Positions 18,124-26,070 of a stretch of DNA of 53,421 nucleotides are shown here, one piece after another. Origin of the DNA: Candidatus Limnocylindria bacterium (GTDB taxonomy: Bacteria; Chloroflexota; Limnocylindria; QHBO01); contig JBBQGI010000004.1 of the NCBI GenBank assembly GCA_038322875.1, positions 1 through 53,421 of the forward strand. The letters are read 5' to 3'. The notes beneath the pieces were generated by a model. That model was not told where the DNA came from and did not search any database. It was given only the letters and a program-made list of their open reading frames with translations. Each line of letters begins with the position of its first letter. Position 1 is the stretch's first letter. Made by a program: the position numbers and the translations under genes.

Positions 18124-19560
18124 CTGACCGACCCCGCCGGCATCGAGGCTCGCGGCTGGGGCTGGCGGCACCCAGGCCGGCGGGCGTGGGCGCTGCGCGG
18201 CGTGGACCTGCGGATCGAGCCAGGCGAGCGGGTGATGCTGCTCGGCGCCTCCGGATCGGGAAAGTCGACGCTGCTGGCGGGGCTGGCGGGACTGCTGGAG
18301 GGCGGCGAGTCCGAGGGCGGGCTGCTCGTCGATGGGCTCGATCCGCGCGTTGCGCGCGAGCGAACCGGGATCGTCTTCCAGGACCCGGAGTCGCAACTGG
18401 TCATGGCACGCGCCGGCGACGAAGTGGCCTTCGGGCTGGAGAATCGATGCGTCCCGCCCGAGGAGATCTGGCCGCGCGTGGATGCCGCCCTGGCGGCGGT
18501 CGGATTCGCGTACGGGCGCGATCGCCCGACGGATGCCCTCTCCGGCGGAGAGCAGCAGCGCCTGGCGCTGGCCGGGACATTGGTTCTGGAGCCGGGGCTG
18601 CTGCTGCTCGACGAGCCGACCGCCAATCTCGATCCCGACGGAGCGGCGCTGATCCGGGAGGCACTTGCCCGCGTCGGAGCGGCGAGCCGTCGGACCATGG
18701 TCCTGGTCGAGCACCGCGTGGCGGGCTCGCTGTCGCTCGTCGATCGCGTGATCGTGCTGCAGGCCGGTGGCGGCGTGATCGCCGACGGACCACCCGACGC
18801 GGTCTTCGCCCGGCACGGCGGCGAGCTGGCCGAGGCGGGCATCTGGGTCCCCGGCCATCCCCTGCCGATCCCCGCGCGAAACACGAGCGCGTCCCCGAAG
18901 CCGGTGCTGATCGCCGAAGGGGTCGGCTACCGCTTCCCGGCGGAGGAGCGCATGTCGGTTGGACCGCTCGACCTTGCGTTGCGTTCGTCGGAGGCGCTAG
19001 CGATCGTGGGGCCGAACGGCTCGGGCAAGTCGACCCTCGCGCTGCTGCTCGGCGGCCTGTTGCGGCCGAGCATCGGCACCGTGAGCCTGGGCGGCGAACC
19101 GATCTGGCGCTGGCGGGCGGAGCGGCTGGCGCGACGGATCGGATCGGTCTTCCAGGATCCCGAGCATCAATTCCTGACGGGCCGGGTCGTCGACGAGCTG
19201 ACCCTTGGGCCGTTGCGCGCCGGCCTCTCGGTCCGTGCGGCTCGGGAGCGGGCCGACTCCCTCCTGGCGCGGCTGCACCTCGAAGCCCTGGCCGAGGCAA
19301 ACCCGTTCACCCTGTCGGGTGGCGAGAAGCGTCGCCTGTCGGTCGCCACCGCACTGGCCGCCGAGCCCTCGGTCCTGATCCTGGACGAGCCCACCTTCGG
19401 GCAGGACCGGCGCACGGCCGTCGAACTGCTCGACCTGCTGGCCGGGCTGCGCGACCAGGGGGCGGCGGTCTGCTTCGTCACCCATGACGCGCCGTTCGCG
19501 CAAGCGCTCGCCGACCGCACCATTCGACTGGCCGGCCAGTCGCCGGACCAGAGCCCATGA
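18124..19560 (+). CDS. ykoD: ECF transporter double ATPase (YkoD); start codon uncertain
   Basis: Two Walker A motifs (GASGSGKS, GPNGSGKS), LSGGE twice, LDEP twice. The family-like ARGWGWRH segment lies upstream of the first canonical start (GTG 18202); an in-frame CTG is at 18124. Confidence 0.88.
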   Translation: MTDPAGIEARGWGWRHPGRRAWALRGVDLRIEPGERVMLLGASGSGKSTLLAGLAGLLEGGESEGGLLVDGLDPRVARERTGIVFQDPESQLVMARAGDEVAFGLENRCVPPEEIWPRVDAALAAVGFAYGRDRPTDALSGGEQQRLALAGTLVLEPGLLLLDEPTANLDPDGAALIREALARVGAASRRTMVLVEHRVAGSLSLVDRVIVLQAGGGVIADGPPDAVFARHGGELAEAGIWVPGHPLPIPARNTSASPKPVLIAEGVGYRFPAEERMSVGPLDLALRSSEALAIVGPNGSGKSTLALLLGGLLRPSIGTVSLGGEPIWRWRAERLARRIGSVFQDPEHQFLTGRVVDELTLGPLRAGLSVRAARERADSLLARLHLEALAEANPFTLSGGEKRRLSVATALAAEPSVLILDEPTFGQDRRTAVELLDLLAGLRDQGAAVCFVTHDAPFAQALADRTIRLAGQSPDQSP

Positions 19561-20300
19561 GGCGCTTCACGCCGCTGCGGGCGGCTCCCGAGGCCCTGCT
19601 GGCGCGTGCCAACCCGCTCGCCAAGCTGGGCGCTGCGGCGATCCTGATGGCGCTCCTCTTCGTGGCCCAGGGGCCGCTTCCGCCGGCCATCGTGCTGGCG
19701 GGCCTGGCCGTGGCGGTGCCGCTCACCGGCCTGTCACCGGGCGCCCTGTTGCGTCGCAGCTGGCCGCTCCTCGCGGCTGCCCTCTCGGTCGGCGTGCTGA
19801 ACGTCGTCCTGGCGCCGGGTGGCAGTCGCAACCTGATGACCGGCCTCGCGCTCGGCATGCGCCTCTTGGGGATCGCGTTCGCCGGCGTCCTGGCGCTGGC
19901 CAGCACCGACCCAACCGACCTAGCCGATTCACTCCAGCAGCAGGCCCGACTCTCTCCGCGGTTGGCGGTCGGTGTCCTGGCCGCCGTCCGAATGCTGCCG
20001 ATCATGGCGATCGAATGGCAGATCCTCGGGATGGCGCGGAGGGCGCGCGGCGTCACTGCCGGCTGGTCACCCATCGCCGCGGCGCGGCTCCTCTTCGGAA
20101 TGCTGCTGGCCCTGCTGGTCGGCGCGGTGCGCCGTGCTACCCGCCTGGCGACCGCGATGGAGGCTCGAGGATTCGGTGCCGGAGATCGCCGCACTATCGC
20201 CCGCCCGCTGCGGATGCATGCTCGCGACTGGATCCTCGTCGGCTCTGCCGCCGGCCTGGCCGCCGTCGCGATGGGCGTCAGCGTCGCCGCGGGGAGCTGA
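19557..20300 (+). CDS. ykoC: ECF transporter T component (YkoC)
   Basis: NPLAKL, STDPTDLADSL, AMEARGF motif. Confidence 0.9.
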   Translation: MRRFTPLRAAPEALLARANPLAKLGAAAILMALLFVAQGPLPPAIVLAGLAVAVPLTGLSPGALLRRSWPLLAAALSVGVLNVVLAPGGSRNLMTGLALGMRLLGIAFAGVLALASTDPTDLADSLQQQARLSPRLAVGVLAAVRMLPIMAIEWQILGMARRARGVTAGWSPIAAARLLFGMLLALLVGAVRRATRLATAMEARGFGAGDRRTIARPLRMHARDWILVGSAAGLAAVAMGVSVAAGS

Positions 20301-20329
20301 CGCTTCGTGCTGGGCTAGATTAGTGTCCG

Positions 20330-21529
20330 ATGATCCGCAAGACGCCGTTTCACGAACGCACCAGCGAGCTCAACGGGACCGGCCTCTGGCAGCACTGGTC
20401 CGGCCATCTGGCCGCCAACCGCTACCAGGTCTCGGACAAGTTCGAGTACTTCGCCGTCCGCAACGCGGCCGGCATCTTCGACACGTCGCCTCTCTACAAG
20501 TACCGGATCGCCGGTCGCGACAGCGAGCGATTCCTCTCCGGCATGCTGGCCCGTGACATCCGTGCCTGCCCACCGGGCCAGGCTCAGTACACGACCTGGC
20601 TGGACGAGCGCGGATTCGTGATCGAGGACGGCGTCATTCAGCATCGCGGACCTGATGAGTTCCTGCTGACCTCAGCGGAGCCGAATTTCGCCTGGTTTGC
20701 GGACCGCGTCGGGCGCCAGGCCGTGACTCTGGAGGAGGTGAGCCTGGACATCGGCGCGCTGGCGATCCAGGGCCCACGCTCACGCGACCTCCTTGCCACG
20801 CTGGTGCCCGCCGTTGCCCGCCTCCCGTTCTTCGGGCTCACCACGGGCAGCATCGGTGGCCGTCCAGTGACCGTCTCGCGGACCGGCTACACCGGGGACC
20901 TGGGCTATGAGGTATGGGTCGAGGCTGCAGACGCTCTCACCGTGTGGGACGCGCTGTGGGAGGCGGTCGATGGCCACGGCGTCCTGCCGTACGGGCTGGC
21001 CGCCCTCTACATGCTGCGCATCGAGGCCGGCCTGCTGCTGCTGGCGGTCGACTTCGACTCGACCCGCTTTGCGTTCAACGACGCGCAGCGGTCCACTCCG
21101 CTCGAGCTCGGCTGGGCATGGATGTTCAAGGGCCTCGAGGACGACGACCGCCCATTCATCGGCCGCCGCGCGCTCGAGCACGAGCGCACGGAGAAGACCT
21201 CGCGCTGGCGTATGGTGGGCCTGGTGGTGGACTGGCAGGACTACGATCGCGTCTTCTCGCGGGCCGGACTGATCCCGCCCAAGGCGCACGCGCCCGTCCA
21301 CGAGGACTGGATGGTCTATGACGCAGAGCGTGCCCGGGTGGGCTACGCCACCAGCTTCATGTACTCACCAATCCTGCAGCAGCACATCGCCCTCGCCCGC
21401 GTGCGCCCTGACCTGGCGAAGCCCGGAACGCGAGTCTCCCTGGAGTTCACGGTGGACCACCATTACGAGCAGGTGGCGGCGCACGTCGCCCGGCTGCCCC
21501 TCTACAGCCCGGAGCGCAAGACGGCGTGA
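20330..21529 (+). CDS. GcvT-like aminomethyltransferase/THF-dependent demethylase family protein
   Basis: AVRNAAGIFDTSPL, VIEDG, SRTGYTGDLGYE, LRIEAG, TPLELG. Confidence 0.9.
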   Translation: MIRKTPFHERTSELNGTGLWQHWSGHLAANRYQVSDKFEYFAVRNAAGIFDTSPLYKYRIAGRDSERFLSGMLARDIRACPPGQAQYTTWLDERGFVIEDGVIQHRGPDEFLLTSAEPNFAWFADRVGRQAVTLEEVSLDIGALAIQGPRSRDLLATLVPAVARLPFFGLTTGSIGGRPVTVSRTGYTGDLGYEVWVEAADALTVWDALWEAVDGHGVLPYGLAALYMLRIEAGLLLLAVDFDSTRFAFNDAQRSTPLELGWAWMFKGLEDDDRPFIGRRALEHERTEKTSRWRMVGLVVDWQDYDRVFSRAGLIPPKAHAPVHEDWMVYDAERARVGYATSFMYSPILQQHIALARVRPDLAKPGTRVSLEFTVDHHYEQVAAHVARLPLYSPERKTA

Positions 21530-23133
21530 GCATGGACCGATACGACGCCATCGTGATCGGCGGCGGCCACAACGGCCTGGTGAATGGCGCCTACCTGGCC
21601 CGCGGCGGGATGAGGACGCTCATCCTCGAGCAGCGCCACCTGGTTGGCGGCGCGGCGATCACCGAGGAGCTGCGCCCCGGCTTCTGGTTCACGACATTCA
21701 GCTATGCCCTTTCGCTGCTGAGGCCCCAGATCATCCACGAGCTGGAGCTGCCGAAGCACGGCTTCACGCCGTTGCTCATGTCGTCGAAGTTCGCACCGAC
21801 CGAAGGCGGCGAGTCCCTCTGGTTTACCCAGAATCACGACGAGAACCTGCGCGAGATCGCTCGCATCTCCCCTCACGACGCCGACGCGTACCAGCAGTAC
21901 AGCCACGACCTCGACCGGGTCTGCCAGGCGATCAAGCCGCTTCTCGACATGGTCCCGCCCGACCCGCTCAGCGACGATCCTGAGGAGTTGTTGGCCCTGG
22001 CCGGGCTCGGTGCCCGCTTCCGGGCCCTCGATCGGCGCACGTTCCACAACGCGATCCGTCTCCTGACCGGCAGCGCGGCGGACTTCCTGGATGACTACTT
22101 CGAGTCGGAGCTGCTGAAGGGCTGGATCGCGTCGTCGGGGATCATCGGCTCGAAGGTCAGCCCTCGCTCGGCCGGCTCCGGCCTCGTGCTCCTGTTCCAC
22201 TCGCTGGGGGAGCACGACGGGTCGTTCGGGACGTGGGCGTTCCACAAGGGGGGCAACGGCGGCTTCACCCAGGTGCTTGCCCGCGCCGCGGAGGCGTTCG
22301 GCGCCGAGATTCGGCTTGACGCGGGAGTCGAACGGCTGCTGACCAGCGACGGTCGGGCGACCGGCGTCGTGCTGCGCGACGGGACCGAGCTGCATGCTGA
22401 GGTGGTGGTCAGCGCGCTCGACCCGCGTCGCACGTTCCTGGACATGGTGGATCCGCGGGAGCTGCCCGACGACCTGGTCGAGGATATCCGCCGCCTGAAG
22501 TTCCAGGGCACGTCATCGAAGGTGAACTTCGCGCTCGACGGCCTGCCCGTTTACCCGCCACTGGCGGATCGCAACGGGGAGATGTTCCGCGGCTTCCTGA
22601 ACATCGGCCCCTCGATCGACTATCTCGAACATGCCTTCGACGACGCGAAGTACGGCTGGTACAGCCAGAACCCGTACATCGACGCCGCGATCCAATCGAC
22701 GATCGACCCTGACATGGCGCCAGCCGGCAAGCACGTCATGTCGTGCTTCATCCAGTACACGTCCTATCACCTGCGGGAGAGTGACTGGGACGCCGAGCGG
22801 GAGAACCTCGGCAACCGGGTGCAAGCCACCCTCGAGCGCTATTTCCCGGGGTTCGGCAACCTCGTGCTCCAGCGCGAGGTTGTGACGCCGCTGGACATCG
22901 AGCGGACCATCGGGCTCAGCGAGGGCAACATCTTTGCGGGCGAGCTGTTCGCGCCGCAGATGTTCTTCCTCCGGCCGGCTCCCGGCTGGGCGCAGTACCG
23001 CACGCCGATTCACGGCTACTACCAGTGCGGCTCGGGGACGCATCCTGGCGGCGGGGTGATGGGTGCGCCGGGACGGCTCGCCGCCGGGCAGATCCTCCGC
23101 GATCGATCCGCAGCGGCCCATCGTTCGCCCTGA
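21526..23133 (+). CDS. FAD-dependent oxidoreductase, phytoene desaturase-like (PYROXD2-type)
   Basis: IGGGHNGLVNGAYLA Rossmann motif, GGAAITEE, GNIFAGEL, YQCGSGTHPGGGVMGAPG; GTGA overlap with the upstream gene. Confidence 0.88.
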   Translation: MSMDRYDAIVIGGGHNGLVNGAYLARGGMRTLILEQRHLVGGAAITEELRPGFWFTTFSYALSLLRPQIIHELELPKHGFTPLLMSSKFAPTEGGESLWFTQNHDENLREIARISPHDADAYQQYSHDLDRVCQAIKPLLDMVPPDPLSDDPEELLALAGLGARFRALDRRTFHNAIRLLTGSAADFLDDYFESELLKGWIASSGIIGSKVSPRSAGSGLVLLFHSLGEHDGSFGTWAFHKGGNGGFTQVLARAAEAFGAEIRLDAGVERLLTSDGRATGVVLRDGTELHAEVVVSALDPRRTFLDMVDPRELPDDLVEDIRRLKFQGTSSKVNFALDGLPVYPPLADRNGEMFRGFLNIGPSIDYLEHAFDDAKYGWYSQNPYIDAAIQSTIDPDMAPAGKHVMSCFIQYTSYHLRESDWDAERENLGNRVQATLERYFPGFGNLVLQREVVTPLDIERTIGLSEGNIFAGELFAPQMFFLRPAPGWAQYRTPIHGYYQCGSGTHPGGGVMGAPGRLAAGQILRDRSAAAHRSP

Positions 23134-23143
23134 TCGCCACCGC

Positions 23144-24127
23144 ATGGCCCGATCCGAAGAGCTGAGCGTCCGGGCCGGCGACGCGCACCTCGCAGCGACC
23201 CTCCTACTGCCGGACGAGCCTCCATCCGGGGACGCCGGCGGCCGCTACCCAAGTGTCCTGCTGCTCCCCTCCTGGCTGCCTCGGGATCGGGACGGTGGCT
23301 ACGACCGCATCGGGCATGCGTCCTGGTTCGCACCCGCGACTGAGTCAGACAGCCGCCGACCGGGGCTGCTGGCGCGGCTGGCCGACGCGTTCGCCACGCG
23401 CGGCGTTGCCTCGCTGCGCGCCGATCCGCGCGGCTGCGGCCGCTCCGAGGGAAGCTGGGAGGAGGTCACGCTCTTCGCCAGGATCGACGACGCCCGGGAC
23501 ATGGTCGCCGCCATGCGCAGCCGCAGCGAGCTCGACCTGCGGCGGACCGGGATCGTCGGGCACGGGGAGGGAGCCGGGATCGCCCTGTCGGTCGCGATCG
23601 GCGATCCGGCGATCTCGGCGCTGACCCTCATCGGCGCATCGGCCCGGTCTTGGCGTGACACGCTGCGACGCGCCGCGGCCGTTCGTGGTCGGACCGGAAC
23701 CGACCACGAGCACCCGATCGTGGCCGCGCTCGACCAGTGGAGCGAGGACCTTATCGAGCGCGCCGAGCGACGGGAGCCGAGCTTCGAGCTGCGGCTGCGC
23801 GGCGGCACTTCGGTCACCCTTTCGCTCTCCCCGCTGGAGCAGGCGATCCACACCCCTCCGCTCGCCCTGGCCACGATGCTGCATCGGTCCGTTGCGCTGG
23901 TCCATGGCGACCAGGACGCCTGGAGCGATCCGGATGAGTCGGGGCTGCTCGCGACGGCGCTGGCGCTCGGGGGAGAGCCCGGCGCGGTCCGGATCGTTTC
24001 CGGAGCGGGACACGACCTGGCCGAGGCGAACGATGACCTGATCGGGGAGCTGGCCGCGGACTTGACCGCGCGCCTGCTGCCCCGGGAGCTGCCGCCCCTG
24101 CTGCTCGCGATCGAGCAGATGGGGTGA
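23144..24127 (+). CDS. Alpha/beta-hydrolase-fold protein lacking the nucleophilic Ser
   Basis: DPRGCGRSEG, GIVGHGEG (in place of GHSEG), VHGDQD, AGHDL. Confidence 0.75.
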   Translation: MARSEELSVRAGDAHLAATLLLPDEPPSGDAGGRYPSVLLLPSWLPRDRDGGYDRIGHASWFAPATESDSRRPGLLARLADAFATRGVASLRADPRGCGRSEGSWEEVTLFARIDDARDMVAAMRSRSELDLRRTGIVGHGEGAGIALSVAIGDPAISALTLIGASARSWRDTLRRAAAVRGRTGTDHEHPIVAALDQWSEDLIERAERREPSFELRLRGGTSVTLSLSPLEQAIHTPPLALATMLHRSVALVHGDQDAWSDPDESGLLATALALGGEPGAVRIVSGAGHDLAEANDDLIGELAADLTARLLPRELPPLLLAIEQMG

Positions 24128-24142
24128 GGTAGCATGCCTCGC

Positions 24143-24607
24143 ATGAGTCGACCCGAACCGGGTGACGCGGTGCCCCCCTTCGAGATGACCGCGGACGACG
24201 GCTCAGTCGTGTCGAGCCAAAGCCTCGCCGGGAAGCGATACGTCATCTACTTTTATCCCCAGGACGACACCGCCGGCTGCACGCGCCAGGCATGCTCAAT
24301 GCGCGACAACTTCGGGCGGGTGACCGCCACCGGGGTCGAGGTCTTCGGCGTCTCCCCCGACTCGGTCGTCAGCCACGTGAAGTTCCGTGACAAGTACGAC
24401 CTGCCGTTCCGGCTGCTGTCCGACGAGGGCCACAGGGTTGCGGACGCCTTTGGCACCTGGATCGAGAAGGCCTTCGCCGGCAAGACCTACATGGGCGTCG
24501 AGCGCACCTCGTTCATCATCGGTCGCGATGGCCGGATCGAGCACGTGCTGCCCAAGGTCAAGGCGGGCGAGCACGTCGACCTGCTGATGGAGCGGTTGGC
24601 GGCATGA
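24143..24607 (+). CDS. bcp: Peroxiredoxin, BCP/PrxQ family
   Basis: YFYPQDDTAGCTRQACSMRD, GVSPDS, ERTSFII. Confidence 0.93.
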   Translation: MSRPEPGDAVPPFEMTADDGSVVSSQSLAGKRYVIYFYPQDDTAGCTRQACSMRDNFGRVTATGVEVFGVSPDSVVSHVKFRDKYDLPFRLLSDEGHRVADAFGTWIEKAFAGKTYMGVERTSFIIGRDGRIEHVLPKVKAGEHVDLLMERLAA

Positions 24608-24750
24608 TCTGGACCGCCGTCGCCGTCGTCCTGGTCGCCTGGTTCATTGGCCTGGTGCTGCAGCTCGGGCCGCTCGTCAACCTGCTCCTGGTGGTCGCCG
24701 CCGTGCTCCTGGTGGTACAGGTCATCAACGAGCGCGAAGCGGAGTCGTGA
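24604..24750 (+). CDS. Small membrane protein, lmo0937/DUF5670-like (48 aa)
   Basis: ATGA overlap with bcp; translates to MIWTAVAVVLVAWFIGLVLQLGPLVNLLLVVAAVLLVVQVINEREAES. Confidence 0.75.
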   Translation: MIWTAVAVVLVAWFIGLVLQLGPLVNLLLVVAAVLLVVQVINEREAES

Positions 24751-24917
24751 GCGCAGCCTGGGCGCATCTAGCCTGGCGCTCGCTGCCGGTCGTGCTGGTG
24801 GTGGCCTGGTTTCTGGCCCTGATCGGCGGCTTCAGCTATGGCGGGCTGGTCCACCTCCTCCTGCTCGCTGCGGTCGTCAGCTTCGCGTTTCAGGCAGTAG
24901 GCGACTCCCCGGGCTGA
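24747..24917 (+). CDS. Small membrane protein, lmo0937/DUF5670-like (56 aa)
   Basis: GTGA overlap; contains VVLVVAWFLALIGGFSYGGLVHLLLLAAVV. Confidence 0.7.
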   Translation: MSAAWAHLAWRSLPVVLVVAWFLALIGGFSYGGLVHLLLLAAVVSFAFQAVGDSPG

Positions 24918-24977
24918 CGCTGCGCGGTGTGCAATGGGACGGCCTAGCTGTCGCGGAGGTGGCTAGGCTTGTGAATC

Positions 24978-26069
24978 ATGCGATTCCTCCATTTCGCGGA
25001 CCTGCACCTCGACGCTCCCTTCGCCTGGGCACGGCCAGAGACGGCTCGCCGTCGGCGCCGGAATCGCCGCGAAACGCTCACCGCCATCCTGAAGCTGGCC
25101 GACGAAGAGCGCGTTGACGGGATCCTGAGCGCCGGCGACCTGTTCGAGCACGAGCGCTTCACGCCCGACACGGTCGCCTTCCTGCGCGAGAGCTTCGCCC
25201 GCACCGACCGGCCGATCTACCTCACCCCTGGCAATCACGACTGGTACTCGGCGCGCAGCCCGTATGCGCTGGTTGACTGGAGCCCCAACGTCCACCTCTT
25301 CACCGAAGCCCGGCTGACTCCCGTCGAGCTCGCCGACGGGCTGACCCTGTGGGGTGCGGCGCATCGCGCACCGGCCAACACCGGCCCCTTCTTCGCCGAC
25401 TTCCGAGCCGATCGCGGCGGCGTGCACCTCGCCCTGGCGCACGCCTCAGAGCGCAGCGCGCTCCCCTTCCAGGAGTCGGGCAAGGAGCTGCACGCCCCCT
25501 TCGATGCCGGCGAGCTTGAGGCGGCCGGGATCGATCACGCCTTCCTGGGGCACTACCACGTGGCCCGCGACCGCGACCGGTACACCTATCCCGGCAACCC
25601 CGATCCACTCGAGTTCGGCGAGTCGGACGGGCGGGGCATCGTGCTCACAACAGTGGCCGCGGATGGCACCGTCACCCGCGACCGCCGCTCGGTCGCCGTC
25701 AGCCAGGTGCACGACATCGCCGTGGCACTCGACGGATGCCTTCACCTCGACGACCTGCGCGATCGGGTCAGCGGGGCGATCGCCGAACTCTCCGGATCGG
25801 TGCGCATCACCCTCAATGGGGAAGTGCCGGCGGACCTGCCGATCGAGCCGCGCACGCTCGGCGCGCTCGGCGATCACCTCGACGGCCTGGTGGTGCGCGC
25901 CGGCGCCCTGGTGCCGGCCTACGACCTGGACGCGATCAAGGCCGAGACCACCGTGCGCGGCCAGTTCGCGCGCGATGCCCTGCTCATCGAAGATGAGGAT
26001 CGCCGGCGCAAGGTGCTCATCACCGGCCTGCGCGCGCTCGAAGGTCGTCGCGACCTCGAGGTGGCCTGA
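24978..26069 (+). CDS. sbcD: Mre11/SbcD (YhaO-like) metallophosphoesterase nuclease
   Basis: HFADLHLD, AGDLFE, PGNHD, LGHYH, YPGNP. Confidence 0.9.
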   Translation: MRFLHFADLHLDAPFAWARPETARRRRRNRRETLTAILKLADEERVDGILSAGDLFEHERFTPDTVAFLRESFARTDRPIYLTPGNHDWYSARSPYALVDWSPNVHLFTEARLTPVELADGLTLWGAAHRAPANTGPFFADFRADRGGVHLALAHASERSALPFQESGKELHAPFDAGELEAAGIDHAFLGHYHVARDRDRYTYPGNPDPLEFGESDGRGIVLTTVAADGTVTRDRRSVAVSQVHDIAVALDGCLHLDDLRDRVSGAIAELSGSVRITLNGEVPADLPIEPRTLGALGDHLDGLVVRAGALVPAYDLDAIKAETTVRGQFARDALLIEDEDRRRKVLITGLRALEGRRDLEVA

Positions 26070-26070
26070 G

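Noticed and set aside
24949-24969. PafBC-like TGTCG..TANNNT promoter before the Mre11-like gene
   Set aside because: Spacing is one base short of the mycobacterial consensus, and no similar motif precedes the ligase or ku.
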